Assembly: GCA_030264375.1 (NCBI GenBank)
Contig: JASCQW010000190.1
Coordinates: forward strand, 70,396,930-70,460,929
From: Carcharhinus longimanus
Taxonomy: Eukaryota
Length of the DNA stretch: 64,000 nt
Direction: 5' to 3'
Position numbers and translations under genes: made by a program. The notes beneath the pieces are model-generated. The model ran no database searches. It had not been told where the DNA came from and saw only the letters and a list, made by a program, of their open reading frames with translations. Shown piece by piece: positions 63,775 through 64,000 of the stretch. How positions within the stretch are numbered: position 1 is the first letter of the stretch; each line of letters begins with the position of its first letter.

Positions 63775-63910
63775 AAAGAAAGAACATACATTTGTGCATG
63801 ACCTATAAATGAATTAGGATATGCCAAAAAGTATCTTACTTACTTCTCAAACATAGCCATTGCTGTAATGTAAGAAACATTGCAACCAATTTGCACACAG
63901 TAAAGCTCCA
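63775..63910 (-). mobile_element. DeuSINE 3' fragment
   Basis: tgtaatgtaagaaacattgcaaccaatttgcacacag. Confidence 0.6.
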
Positions 63911-64000
63911 TTCAGACTCCTCCAGTCACACCTTTTGCACTCCCTCAGGGATTGCACCACTAACTCTTTTGCCATTTAATCTCTCCTGCGCTCCACCCTA

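Overview
Eukaryotic, vertebrate DNA, most likely an elasmobranch (shark): it carries HE1/V-SINE-like, SacSINE1/DeuSINE-like and CR1 repeats typical of cartilaginous fish. The draft assembly has several N gaps. There is one convincing protein-coding gene, the intronless class III POU transcription factor POU3F4 (Brn4), on the minus strand at 19271..20467, with a 95-N gap inside the CDS. It has a CpG island, a CCAAT-rich promoter and a roughly 1.3 kb 3' UTR ending at an AATAAA plus GU-rich signal. The gene sits in a roughly 22 kb zone that is nearly free of transposons and retains CpG. Both flanks are gene desert packed with decayed and often nested retroposons (CR1, L2, three SINE families), LTR remnants and PIF/Harbinger relics. 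I found no support for a new multi-gene system. The best leads are: poly-Gly/Pro/His runs in this Brn4; a convergent pair of CTCF-like motifs around the gene; SOX/POU enhancer candidates; an ERV-like remnant (ORF end, polypurine tract, LTR); a 101 bp insert between perfect 16 bp direct repeats; a decayed hammerhead core; and an odd codon-level repeat at 14.6-14.8 kb. Repeat boundaries were read by eye and are approximate to tens of bp. Family names come from recalled consensus motifs, not from database searches.
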